Counted from the first letter of the stretch, positions 9,772 through 18,230 are shown. The stretch is DNA of 50,293 bases from an uncultured Alphaproteobacteria bacterium (GCA_902538155.1 CACBDX010000004.1:1-50293), one strand, 5' to 3'. Program-made: numbers and translations. Notes: a model not told the origin generated them from the sequence alone.

Positions 9772-11178
9772 TCATTCAGCCAAAACCCATGTGTCTTTCA
9801 CACCACCTCCTTGGCTAGAATTTACAACAAACGAACCTTCATTCATTGCAACTCTAGTTAAACCACCAGAACTTAATTGAGCCTGCTCTCCAATTAAACA
9901 AAATGGACGTAAATCTACCCTTCTTCCCTCAACTTGATTTTTGATTAGTGTTGGTGAAAATGAAAGATCAAGTAAAGGTTGAGCTATATATCCTTTTGGA
10001 TTTGTGGAAAGTTTTGTTTTAAATTCATCTATATAGGATTTAGAAGATTTTGGACCTATTAACATCCCATAACCTCCAGATCCATCAACCTCTTTTACGA
10101 CAAGTTCATTTATATTATCTAAAACATATTTTAATTCTTGTTCCTTTTCGCAATTCCATGTTTCAACATTATCTAAGATTGGTTGTTCACCTAAATAAAA
10201 TTTGATCATCTCAGGCACATATATATAAATTGCTTTATCATCGGCTATACCTGCTCCAGGAGCTGAACAAATATTGACACCTCCGGTTCTATAAACATCC
10301 ATAATTCCTGGAATGCCAATTACAGATTGAGGATTAAAACAGAGAGGATCTAAAAAATCATCATCTATTCTTCTATAAACAACATCTACTCTCTTTGGAC
10401 CATCTACTGTTTTCATATAAAGGTATTTACCTTCGACAAATAGATCGGTTGATTCAACCATTTCAATACCCATTTGATCTGATAAAAAACTATGTTCGTA
10501 ATAAGCACTATTCAATGGACCAGGTGTAAGTAATACGCATACGGGTTCTGGATTTTCGCATTTAATAGGAGCCAAGCTCATCAAAGTTTGTAAAAGTCTT
10601 GTAGGATAATCATCTATTGGCGTTACTCTATTGTTATGGAATAGATCAGGAAACATTCGCATCATTATTTCTCTATTTTCTAGCATGTAGGAAACACCAC
10701 TTGGCGTTCGACAATTATCTTCCAAAACAAAATACTCGTTTGGACCTGTTCTAACTAAATCAATACCAATTATAGGACTATAAATGTCTCTAGGAGGTGA
10801 AAAACCAAACATTGAAGGTTCAAAAGATTTTTTTTTGTAAATAATTTCTTTAGGAATTATATTTGCTTTTATTATTTCACCTTGATTATAAATATCAGCA
10901 AGAAACGCATTAAGTGCTTTAGCTCTTTGAATTACTCCTCTTTCTAGCCTTAACCATTCTGTATAAGTAAATATTCTTGGAATTAAATCAAACGGAATAA
11001 TTCTTTCTCTTGCAGTTTCGTTATTTGTAGAAAATGTAATTCCAATATTTCTAAAATGAGATTCAGCTTCAGCGTTCTTTTCAAGAATAACTTTTGAAGT
11101 CATTTGATCCAACCAATCATTAATATTGTTATAATGATTTCTTATAACTGACTCAGATTGATACATTTCATTAAACAT
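9772..11178 (-). CDS. Circularly permuted type 2 ATP-grasp ligase (COG2308)
   Basis: Motifs PFDLIPR, VLEDNxRTPSGVSY, YRRIDD, ADDK, GSGGYG and VNSSQGGGxKDTWV. ATG at 11178 (track uses TTG at 11181). Confidence 0.95.
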   Translation of the reverse strand: MFNEMYQSESVIRNHYNNINDWLDQMTSKVILEKNAEAESHFRNIGITFSTNNETARERIIPFDLIPRIFTYTEWLRLERGVIQRAKALNAFLADIYNQGEIIKANIIPKEIIYKKKSFEPSMFGFSPPRDIYSPIIGIDLVRTGPNEYFVLEDNCRTPSGVSYMLENREIMMRMFPDLFHNNRVTPIDDYPTRLLQTLMSLAPIKCENPEPVCVLLTPGPLNSAYYEHSFLSDQMGIEMVESTDLFVEGKYLYMKTVDGPKRVDVVYRRIDDDFLDPLCFNPQSVIGIPGIMDVYRTGGVNICSAPGAGIADDKAIYIYVPEMIKFYLGEQPILDNVETWNCEKEQELKYVLDNINELVVKEVDGSGGYGMLIGPKSSKSYIDEFKTKLSTNPKGYIAQPLLDLSFSPTLIKNQVEGRRVDLRPFCLIGEQAQLSSGGLTRVAMNEGSFVVNSSQGGGVKDTWVLAE

Positions 11179-11240
11179 CAATTAGTAAACCTCTTGAGAT
11201 TTGAATAGAATAATTTTTTATTATCTAACTTTTTAACCAT
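11178..11240 (-). CDS. Putative 20-aa leader peptide MVKKLDNKKLFYSNLKRFTN
   Basis: ATG at 11240 preceded by AGGAAAGG; its TGA overlaps the ATP-grasp ATG (TGATG). Confidence 0.45.
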   Translation of the reverse strand: MVKKLDNKKLFYSNLKRFTN

Positions 11241-11306
11241 AGTTATAACAAACCTTTCCTATCCGTTATAATTCATGCTTAGCTATGGAAATTAATTATA
11301 AGATCC

Positions 11307-11358
11307 GCGTTCCTTCAGCTTTAGCTTACTTCCGATCTGTTAGTACAGATTGAACGAT
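11307..11358 (-). ncRNA. Glutamine-I riboswitch aptamer (glnA RNA motif), downstream copy
   Basis: Minus strand reads CGTTC-A-ATCTGT-ACTA-ACAGAT-CGGAAGTA-AGC-TAAA-GCT-GAAG-GAACG-C. This gives P1/P2/P3 and the AGUA/GAA E-loop core of the glnA motif. Confidence 0.92.
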
Positions 11359-11372
11359 TTAATAACTTGCAT

Positions 11373-11425
11373 GCGTTCCTTCAACTTTCGTTTACTTCCG
11401 TTTTGAATTATTCAAAATGAACGAA
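11373..11425 (-). ncRNA. Glutamine-I riboswitch aptamer (glnA RNA motif), upstream copy
   Basis: Minus strand reads CGTTC-A-TTTTGAA-TAA-TTCAAAA-CGGAAGTA-AAC-GAAA-GTT-GAAG-GAACG-C. The core is identical to the other copy, with different but still paired P2 and P3. Confidence 0.92.
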
Positions 11426-11527
11426 GAATTTTTATTAATAAAATTTATTTATTTTTAAAAATGAATTTCATACTTATTTGATATGCGTTTTTTGCATATA
11501 CAAAAAAATATTGAATTACTTACGCTT

Positions 11528-12235
11528 TTAATAGTCTTTTATCGATCTAAGAAAACAAATATAAATAAAATAGCCCGTACAAATTAACCATATTAAAAGA
11601 ACAATTGTATCATTTATAATTAAGTTTATTTCTGATTTTGTGACTAATCGTAGAGTTGTTGCTGCCCAAACAACAGTAAAAAAAATCGTTAAATTTCTAA
11701 ATGATTTTACTCTTAGTGGATGAACAAACTTCCATGGAACGAATGTCAATACTGATAGAATAATTATCACAATTAGGTTTATCCATTCATTCGTATTTAA
11801 TATAAAGAAATATAAAACCACAACATTCCAGAGTGCAGGAAAACCTTGGAAATAATAATCATCCGTTTTCATATTAACGTTAATAAAAGTATACAAAGAA
11901 ACTCCAAATATAAGAGCAGGCATAATCATTTCAAAACCTGATGGTACCATTTGAAACCAGTAAATCATTAGAGCTGGATTGATAACGTAATTTAGATAAT
12001 CAATAATTGAATCTAAAATAATTCCATCTAGATTTGGGGCTTTTTCCTCAACACCAACCTTCCTGGCTAAAGTTCCATCAACTCCATCTACAAGTAACGC
12101 CATACCAAGCCATAAAAAACTACCGACTTGATCATCATTTAATATTGATATTAAGGCAAGAAACCCAAGTATAGCGCCAGAACCAGTGAAGGCATGAACA
12201 CCCCATGCGGATATTTGATCTTTATCAACTTTCAT
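11528..12235 (-). CDS. pcs: Phosphatidylcholine synthase (CDP-alcohol phosphatidyltransferase)
   Basis: Motifs VHAFTxSG, DGVDGTLAR, LDxIIDY and YFxGFPALWN. Confidence 0.88.
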   Translation of the reverse strand: MKVDKDQISAWGVHAFTGSGAILGFLALISILNDDQVGSFLWLGMALLVDGVDGTLARKVGVEEKAPNLDGIILDSIIDYLNYVINPALMIYWFQMVPSGFEMIMPALIFGVSLYTFINVNMKTDDYYFQGFPALWNVVVLYFFILNTNEWINLIVIIILSVLTFVPWKFVHPLRVKSFRNLTIFFTVVWAATTLRLVTKSEINLIINDTIVLLIWLICTGYFIYICFLRSIKDY

Positions 12236-12330
12236 AAATGGAGCTGGTCTTTATCATTAAAATAAAAGAAAATAAAATTTTTGAAAAAAGAGTAGAAAAA
12301 TTAGGGTTTTAAAGGATTTTAAAATTAGAT

Positions 12331-12708
12331 TTATAATAAGTTTATAATATCACTATCTCCTTCAGCAAAATTATAATTTTTAAAGTCTTTTTTTGTAACC
12401 CAAGCCGAATTCTCATGTTCACTCAAAATAATTTCACCATTAGCATGAGAGCATATAAAATAATGTAATTTCACATTTATTTTGTCATCTTGATAATTTT
12501 CTTCACCTAATTTATTTTTAATATTTATTTCTATATTAAGTTCTTCTTTTATTTCTCTTTTTAATGCCATGTCAAAAGTTTCCCCTTTTTCCACTTTTCC
12601 ACCTGGAAACTCCCAACTTAATCCCATATGTTTATTTCTATTTCTTTGAGCAATAAAATATTTGTCGTCTTTTATTATTATTGCTGCAACTACATCGAAT
12701 TTATCCAT
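12331..12708 (-). CDS. MutT/NudG-type Nudix (d)NTP pyrophosphohydrolase
   Basis: Nudix box WEFPGGKVEKGE...ALKREIKEEL. Confidence 0.92.
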   Translation of the reverse strand: MDKFDVVAAIIIKDDKYFIAQRNRNKHMGLSWEFPGGKVEKGETFDMALKREIKEELNIEINIKNKLGEENYQDDKINVKLHYFICSHANGEIILSEHENSAWVTKKDFKNYNFAEGDSDIINLL

Positions 12709-14189
12709 TAATTAGTATTATCACGAATAAACTGATTTGCTTTCTTTATTATATGATTTTTCCTCTCTGTATTCATTTTATCATAAATATTAACCATCAT
12801 ATTTAAACGTGGATTAGATTGAAAAAATTTTCTATTTTTATTAATAAAACGCCAATACAAACCATCCATAATATCATTCCAATTGCCTCTTTTAAAATTC
12901 ATCATTTTCATAAAATAACTTGAACCACAAATATAAGGTTTGGTACTAAATATACCTCCATCACTAAATAATCCCATACCATAAACATTAGGTGACATTA
13001 CCCAATCAGAACTATCTACAAACATTTCCATGAACCAATTATAAACTTCATTAGGTTTAATTTCACATAAGTTCATAATGTTACATAAAACCATTAGTCT
13101 TTCAATATGATGGGTGTACCCATATTTTTGAGCATTTTTAATTGAGTGATCTAAAGGATCTAATCCAGTTGTACCGTCATACCATTTTTTAGTAAGAGAA
13201 TTTTTATGTTGAAAGAAATTATTTTCTTCTAATTGTTGATCATAATTTTGGTAAATGCCCCTAATGAATTCTCTCCATCCAATAATTTGCCTAATATAAC
13301 CTTCATAAGAATTAATTTTAATTTTATTTTCGACTTTTCTTATTCTCTTAATTATTAGTTCTGGTGTCAATAAACCTAAATTAATCATGGGGCTTAGAAC
13401 ACTGTGAAATAAAAAGTTATTATTAGTATCAACTGCATCTTCGTAATCACCAAATAAATTAAATTTTTTAATAATAAAATAATCTAACCATTTAACTGCA
13501 TCATCATAGGTTGTAGGTAGCCAAAAATTATCAACTTGGCCTGGATGGTTTTTAAAAATTTTATTTATTTCTTGTTTTAAAACTTTTGTATGATTTGTTT
13601 CTTTTGCTTTAATCATTTCTGGTATTTTAATATCTTTAGGGAGTTTTTTTCTGTTATCTTCATCAAAACTCCATTTCCCACCTTTAGGTTTATTATTTTC
13701 TATCAAAATATCTGTTTTTGCACGGGCAATTTTATAAAAATTTGCCATAAAAGGTTTTTTTGTTTTACTTAAATAATTTTTAAATTCATCTCTTGAATTT
13801 AAAAACATGGGTGATTGAATAAAAGTTAATTTAATTTTATTTTTTTTACATAATGTGCTTATTTTTTTTTCAAAAAATTTATCTTCAATTTCAAAAGAAA
13901 TTAATTCTTCGAATTTATTTTTTTTTATAAAATTTTCTAATTTTTTTTCGTAGGATATTTTAAAATCTTTTTTTAAATCAATATAATTTAATTTAAATTT
14001 ATTTTTTTTTAATTCATCAGCATAAGATCTCATTGAGGACAGAAAAAGAATGAGTTTTAATTTATGATGTTTTTTAAAAGTACAAAGATCAAAACTTTCA
14101 CACATAAAAATAGTTAAATCTTTATATTTTGTTAAGTGTTTATGTGGGAATAGTTGATTTCCAAGAATTAAAAATAAACTTTTCATCAA
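12708..14189 (-). CDS. Cryptochrome/photolyase-related protein (COG3046, bacterial (6-4) photolyase PhrB/CryB group)
   Basis: Motifs LILGNQL, HHKxKL, GGKWSFDxxNRK, FGDYEDA, RQIIGWREF, HHIERLM and KPY. Confidence 0.9.
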   Translation of the reverse strand: MMKSLFLILGNQLFPHKHLTKYKDLTIFMCESFDLCTFKKHHKLKLILFLSSMRSYADELKKNKFKLNYIDLKKDFKISYEKKLENFIKKNKFEELISFEIEDKFFEKKISTLCKKNKIKLTFIQSPMFLNSRDEFKNYLSKTKKPFMANFYKIARAKTDILIENNKPKGGKWSFDEDNRKKLPKDIKIPEMIKAKETNHTKVLKQEINKIFKNHPGQVDNFWLPTTYDDAVKWLDYFIIKKFNLFGDYEDAVDTNNNFLFHSVLSPMINLGLLTPELIIKRIRKVENKIKINSYEGYIRQIIGWREFIRGIYQNYDQQLEENNFFQHKNSLTKKWYDGTTGLDPLDHSIKNAQKYGYTHHIERLMVLCNIMNLCEIKPNEVYNWFMEMFVDSSDWVMSPNVYGMGLFSDGGIFSTKPYICGSSYFMKMMNFKRGNWNDIMDGLYWRFINKNRKFFQSNPRLNMMVNIYDKMNTERKNHIIKKANQFIRDNTN

Positions 14190-14282
14190 TATTTAAATAG
14201 TAAGTTATTAGAAAATTTATATGATTTATTAAAATTAATTTCTTATTTTAGACAATTTTTAACTATAATAAGTTATAAATTA

Positions 14283-14792
14283 ATGACTAAATTAGTAAAA
14301 TTATTGGTAATTCCCCTTATAATTAGTTTTGCACTATTCTCTTGTAATACCACATCTCCAAACAAAGTAAAAAAATCTGATGCACAAAAAGTAACTAATA
14401 TTGAATATGGAACAATCAAAACCTCTCTTCCAGTAAAGATTGAAGGTGAAAGTGATTGGATTGGAGCAACTGCTGGAGCAATGATAGGAGGTCTTTTAGC
14501 ATCTCAAATATGTGGAGAAGAAGAAATATTAGGAACAAAGTGTCAAGACATAGCGATAGTATATGGAACTATTGGAGGAGCTGCTATGGGCTCAGTAATA
14601 CAAGCTAAAATTGGTAATCATGATGGCTTTCAATATATAGTGAATATTGATGAATGTGGTAATGACATTTCTAATTGCCAAAATAATCAAGAAAAAGCTT
14701 TTGTACAAGGAGATGATAATGCTCTTCCAAATGGTCAAAGAGTTGTAATTATCTACGGAGATGTAATAAGAGTTATGCCCTATGAAGAATAA
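14283..14792 (+). CDS. Outer-membrane lipoprotein with glycine zipper (SlyB/17-kDa antigen-like)
   Basis: Lipobox LFSC; two GxxxGxxxG segments. Confidence 0.8.
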   Translation: MTKLVKLLVIPLIISFALFSCNTTSPNKVKKSDAQKVTNIEYGTIKTSLPVKIEGESDWIGATAGAMIGGLLASQICGEEEILGTKCQDIAIVYGTIGGAAMGSVIQAKIGNHDGFQYIVNIDECGNDISNCQNNQEKAFVQGDDNALPNGQRVVIIYGDVIRVMPYEE

Positions 14793-14883
14793 TTTAGTAA
14801 AATTCATTATTAGTATTCTTTTATTATTTCCATTTCACCTCAATGCTGAATTAATATTTAAAGATAATTTTCCAAAATGTTAA
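14782..14883 (+). pseudogene. Possible truncated secreted-protein remnant (33 aa)
   Basis: MKNNLVKFIISILLLFPFHLNA|ELIFKDNFPKC*: a complete Sec signal peptide followed by only 11 residues; overlaps the upstream stop. Confidence 0.4.
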
Positions 14884-14897
14884 ATTAAATTAGTATC

Positions 14898-14927
14898 TTG
14901 ACTTTTAAGTATAATTTTTACTATAAA
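14898..14927 (+). promoter_or_regulatory. Putative sigma70 promoter
   Basis: TTGACT-18 nt-TATAAA, ending 5 nt before the ATG at 14933. The AT-rich background weakens the call. Confidence 0.4.
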
Positions 14928-14932
14928 TACAT

Positions 14933-15016
14933 ATGAACAAGAGAAATTTATACGCAGCTATTGCGATAGTGTTTATCTTTGCTGCTTTAAATTTAACTAT
15001 ATATTTTTTCTATTAA
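14933..15016 (+). CDS. Putative 27-aa single-TM small protein
   Basis: MNKRNLYAAIAIVFIFAALNLTIYFFY*: basic N-terminus plus an Ala-rich hydrophobic helix; ends 3 nt before the next ATG. Confidence 0.55.
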   Translation: MNKRNLYAAIAIVFIFAALNLTIYFFY

Positions 15017-15019
15017 ATC

Positions 15020-15223
15020 ATGGTTATCAGAAGAAAATCTAGTATTTATAAAAAATTATATGAAATTAATGGTCAGAAAATGATGTTCGGTCACGATAAT
15101 ATACATTTTAAAACAATTAACTTACCATCAAAACAAAGATACAAAAATCTATGCAATAAATTTGGTTTAAAAAAAGTTAAATCTTCAGGAAAAAAAAATT
15201 TTCAAATAATTAACATTAATTAA
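15020..15223 (+). CDS. Small basic hypothetical protein
   Basis: 67-aa ORF abutting the next gene. Confidence 0.55.
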   Translation: MVIRRKSSIYKKLYEINGQKMMFGHDNIHFKTINLPSKQRYKNLCNKFGLKKVKSSGKKNFQIININ

Positions 15224-16201
15224 GTGAAAAATATTGCAATAATTGGGGCTGGGATGACTGGTTTGTCTCTTGCTTATAATCTTCAAGAACATAATATTAC
15301 AATTTTTGATAAATCATGGAGACCAGGAGGAAGGGTATCTACTAGAAAGCATGATAATTACCTTTTTGATCATGGCGCACATTATCTATCAACAAATCAT
15401 TCTGTAAATCAATTAAACGAAGTAATAAGTAGATATAACTTAGGACAAGTAATAGAAATAGATTTTGCAACAGATTATTTAAAAAATAAAAAGACTAGAA
15501 AAAAAATTATTATTGGTCAAAATGGAATTAATTCTATTCCAAATTCTATTTTTGATAATATTGAAATAAAAAGTTATTTAAATTCTAAAATAATTAAAAT
15601 TTCAAAAAATAGTAATAATCTCTTCTCGCTATTTTCTGAAAAGGAAGAATTTAAAGATTTTGATTATATTTTAATTTGTATACCTTATTTACAATCAAAA
15701 GAACTTTCAAAAGAATTAATTGATTTTACTCAAATTGTTAACGAGCCTTCTTATGATCCCATACATACTGTAATGTTAAGTTATAAAGATAATAATAATA
15801 TTAAAATTAAAGCTGGATTAAATCTTCATAAAGATATTAGTTTCTTTATGAATCAAAATATAAAATTTAATGAATTATCCAATGATTGTTGGGTATTAAA
15901 TATGAGTTCTGAATATACAAAAAATAATATTGATATAGACAAGACTGAACTAGAAAAATATGCCCAATCAATATTTGAAGAAACATTTGATATAAAGAAT
16001 GAAATAAGTTTTATTAAATCACACAGGTGGTTATATGCGCAAACAAAATTGAGTTATAATACTATATCAAAAAAAAATTGGATTAATTCTAAGGATAATA
16101 AAATATTTTTAAGTGGAGACTGGGTTTTAGGAAAAAGTCTAAGCGATGCCTGGGATGCAGGTGAAAAATTATCACATTATATTAAGATTTTATCAGTTTG
16201 A
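15224..16201 (+). CDS. NAD(P)/FAD-dependent oxidoreductase (renalase-like)
   Basis: Motifs IIGAGMTG, GGRxxTR, FDHGA, HRWLYA and GDW. Confidence 0.88.
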   Translation: MKNIAIIGAGMTGLSLAYNLQEHNITIFDKSWRPGGRVSTRKHDNYLFDHGAHYLSTNHSVNQLNEVISRYNLGQVIEIDFATDYLKNKKTRKKIIIGQNGINSIPNSIFDNIEIKSYLNSKIIKISKNSNNLFSLFSEKEEFKDFDYILICIPYLQSKELSKELIDFTQIVNEPSYDPIHTVMLSYKDNNNIKIKAGLNLHKDISFFMNQNIKFNELSNDCWVLNMSSEYTKNNIDIDKTELEKYAQSIFEETFDIKNEISFIKSHRWLYAQTKLSYNTISKKNWINSKDNKIFLSGDWVLGKSLSDAWDAGEKLSHYIKILSV

Positions 16202-16203
16202 TA

Positions 16204-17394
16204 TTAAGTATTAAAATATTTTTTAATATTTTTAGCTGCTTGTCTTATTCTTTGAGTATTTTCTACTAGACCAATACGAACAAACCCCTCGCCTCCTTTT
16301 CCAAAAGCTAAACCAGGAGCTACTGCAACGTCGGCATTTATCATTAAATTCTTGGCAAACTTCATAGAACCCATTTTTTTATATTTTTTTGGTAAAGGAG
16401 CCCACACAAACATTGATGCTTCAGGCTCTGGAATTTTATCCCAACCAGCCCTTTCAAAAGATTCTATTAAAACATCTCTTCTTTTTTTATAAGTCTCTCT
16501 TATTTCTTCTACACATCTTTGAGATCCATTTAAAGCAGCAGTGGCTGCTACTTGCACAGGAGTAAAAGCACCATAGTCTACATAAGATTTAATTTTTGTT
16601 AATGCTTCAATTAATGTTTTGTTTCCAACAGCAAAACCTATTCTCCATCCTGCCATTGCATAAGTTTTAGATAAAGTCGTAAATTCAACAGCTATATTCT
16701 TAGCGCCATTAACTTCTAATATTGATGGAGGTGGATATTTACCAAAATAAATTTCAGAATAAGCTAAATCAGATAATATATAAACTTGATATTTTTTTGC
16801 AATTTTTACTAATTCCTTATAAAAATCTAAATTAACTATCTGAGCTGTTGGATTAGAAGGAAAAGAAACAATAATAACTTTTATTGAAGAGTATTTTTTT
16901 AAATTATTAACAATATTTGATAAAAATTTGTTTCTATCGAACTGTCCATTATAAAATGTTCTTAAAGGTGTTAATTTTGCTCCAGCAATCATAAAACCAT
17001 ATGGATGAACAGGGTATGATGGATCAGGGCATAATATCCTGTCTCCTCTTGAAGTTATAGCTTGTGCTAAATTTGCTAAACCTTCCTTTGAACCAATTGT
17101 TACTATAATTTCACTTGATGGATTTAAATCAACATTAAATCGTTTTTTATAATATTTAGCTTGAGCTTTTCTTAATCCATTAATGCCTTTTGAAACTGAA
17201 TAACGTCCAACACCTGGTTTATCTACAACTTCTTTTAATTTCTGTCTTATGTGAAGAGGTGTTGGCATATCAGGATTGCCCATGCCAAAATCAATAATAT
17301 CCCTACCTTCTGATCTCAGTTTCATTTTTAATGAATTTATCTCCCCAAATATATATGGGGGAAGTCTATTAATTCTTTCAAATTTAGATTTCAC
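16204..17394 (-). CDS. Class I/II PLP aminotransferase (AlaC / LL-DAP aminotransferase-like)
   Basis: Motifs RLPPYIF, DFGMGNPD, GSKEG, PSNPT, DLAY and SKTYxMAGWRIG. Confidence 0.9.
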   Translation of the reverse strand: MKSKFERINRLPPYIFGEINSLKMKLRSEGRDIIDFGMGNPDMPTPLHIRQKLKEVVDKPGVGRYSVSKGINGLRKAQAKYYKKRFNVDLNPSSEIIVTIGSKEGLANLAQAITSRGDRILCPDPSYPVHPYGFMIAGAKLTPLRTFYNGQFDRNKFLSNIVNNLKKYSSIKVIIVSFPSNPTAQIVNLDFYKELVKIAKKYQVYILSDLAYSEIYFGKYPPPSILEVNGAKNIAVEFTTLSKTYAMAGWRIGFAVGNKTLIEALTKIKSYVDYGAFTPVQVAATAALNGSQRCVEEIRETYKKRRDVLIESFERAGWDKIPEPEASMFVWAPLPKKYKKMGSMKFAKNLMINADVAVAPGLAFGKGGEGFVRIGLVENTQRIRQAAKNIKKYFNT

Positions 17395-17477
17395 TTTTTA
17401 AGCAATAATTAATTATTGATGATAATACTAGTTTAAATAAAATTGATTTTTAATAATATTATTCCTATTTTTATATT

Positions 17478-18182
17478 GTGATTAAATTATTTTACTATTT
17501 TTTGCCATTTATTGTAATGTTTCTACCAAGTTTATGGGTAAATTATATTTTAAAAAAATATAATAAAATTTTACCTGATATGCCTTTCACTGGTAGAGAA
17601 CTTGGAAAAAAAATCCTTGAAGAAGAAAAAATTACCAATGTATCAATTAATCCTATTCAGCAATTAGATCATTACAATCCTAAAGAAAAAAAAATACATA
17701 TCGCTACAGATAAACTTGATAAAAAAAGTATAACAAGCATTGCTGTTGTTGCACACGAAATTGGTCATGCAATTCAAGATAAAGAAAAATACAAACCACT
17801 TATTCTTAGACAATCATTAATTGAAAAAACAATGATCTTTCAAAGAATTGGCTCGTTTTTATTAATTATAGGACTACCGTCAATATTTGCCTTCACTAAA
17901 AGTCCATTTATCACCCTTATTGCTGCGATAATAATAATGGGATGTTTATCTACAAATGTGCTAATCCATTTGATTACTCTTCCTGTAGAATTTGATGCAA
18001 GTTTTAAGAGAGCCTTACCAATACTCAAAAGATTTGTTCCTAGAGAGAATATGTACCAATGCAAATCCGTTTTAAGAGCTGCTGCATTGACATATTTAGC
18101 TCAATCCATTGTAAGTATATTTAGATTAAAAATAATACTGTTATCTTTTATCAATATTTTTAAGTCAATTATAAGAAGATAA
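17478..18182 (+). CDS. Membrane zinc metallopeptidase (YugP / Zn_peptidase_2)
   Basis: Motifs DHYNP, AHEIGHAIQ, TLPVEFDAS and AAALTY. Confidence 0.9.
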   Translation: MIKLFYYFLPFIVMFLPSLWVNYILKKYNKILPDMPFTGRELGKKILEEEKITNVSINPIQQLDHYNPKEKKIHIATDKLDKKSITSIAVVAHEIGHAIQDKEKYKPLILRQSLIEKTMIFQRIGSFLLIIGLPSIFAFTKSPFITLIAAIIIMGCLSTNVLIHLITLPVEFDASFKRALPILKRFVPRENMYQCKSVLRAAALTYLAQSIVSIFRLKIILLSFINIFKSIIRR

Positions 18183-18230
18183 TATTTTTCTCTTTAAATA
18201 AAATGGGAAATTTATTAAGTTAGATAATTA

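Noticed and set aside
11307-11425. Direct repeat read as a mini-CRISPR array or att-site duplication
   Set aside because: There are only two units, the variable parts are internal paired stems, and no cas or integrase gene is present. The glnA aptamer model explains it fully.
11475-11504. Palindrome ATATGC-N7-GCATAT between pcs and the riboswitch, as an NtrC site or terminator
   Set aside because: The TGC-N7-GCA spacing does not fit NtrC (N11), and no U-tract follows on the pcs strand. Left uncalled.
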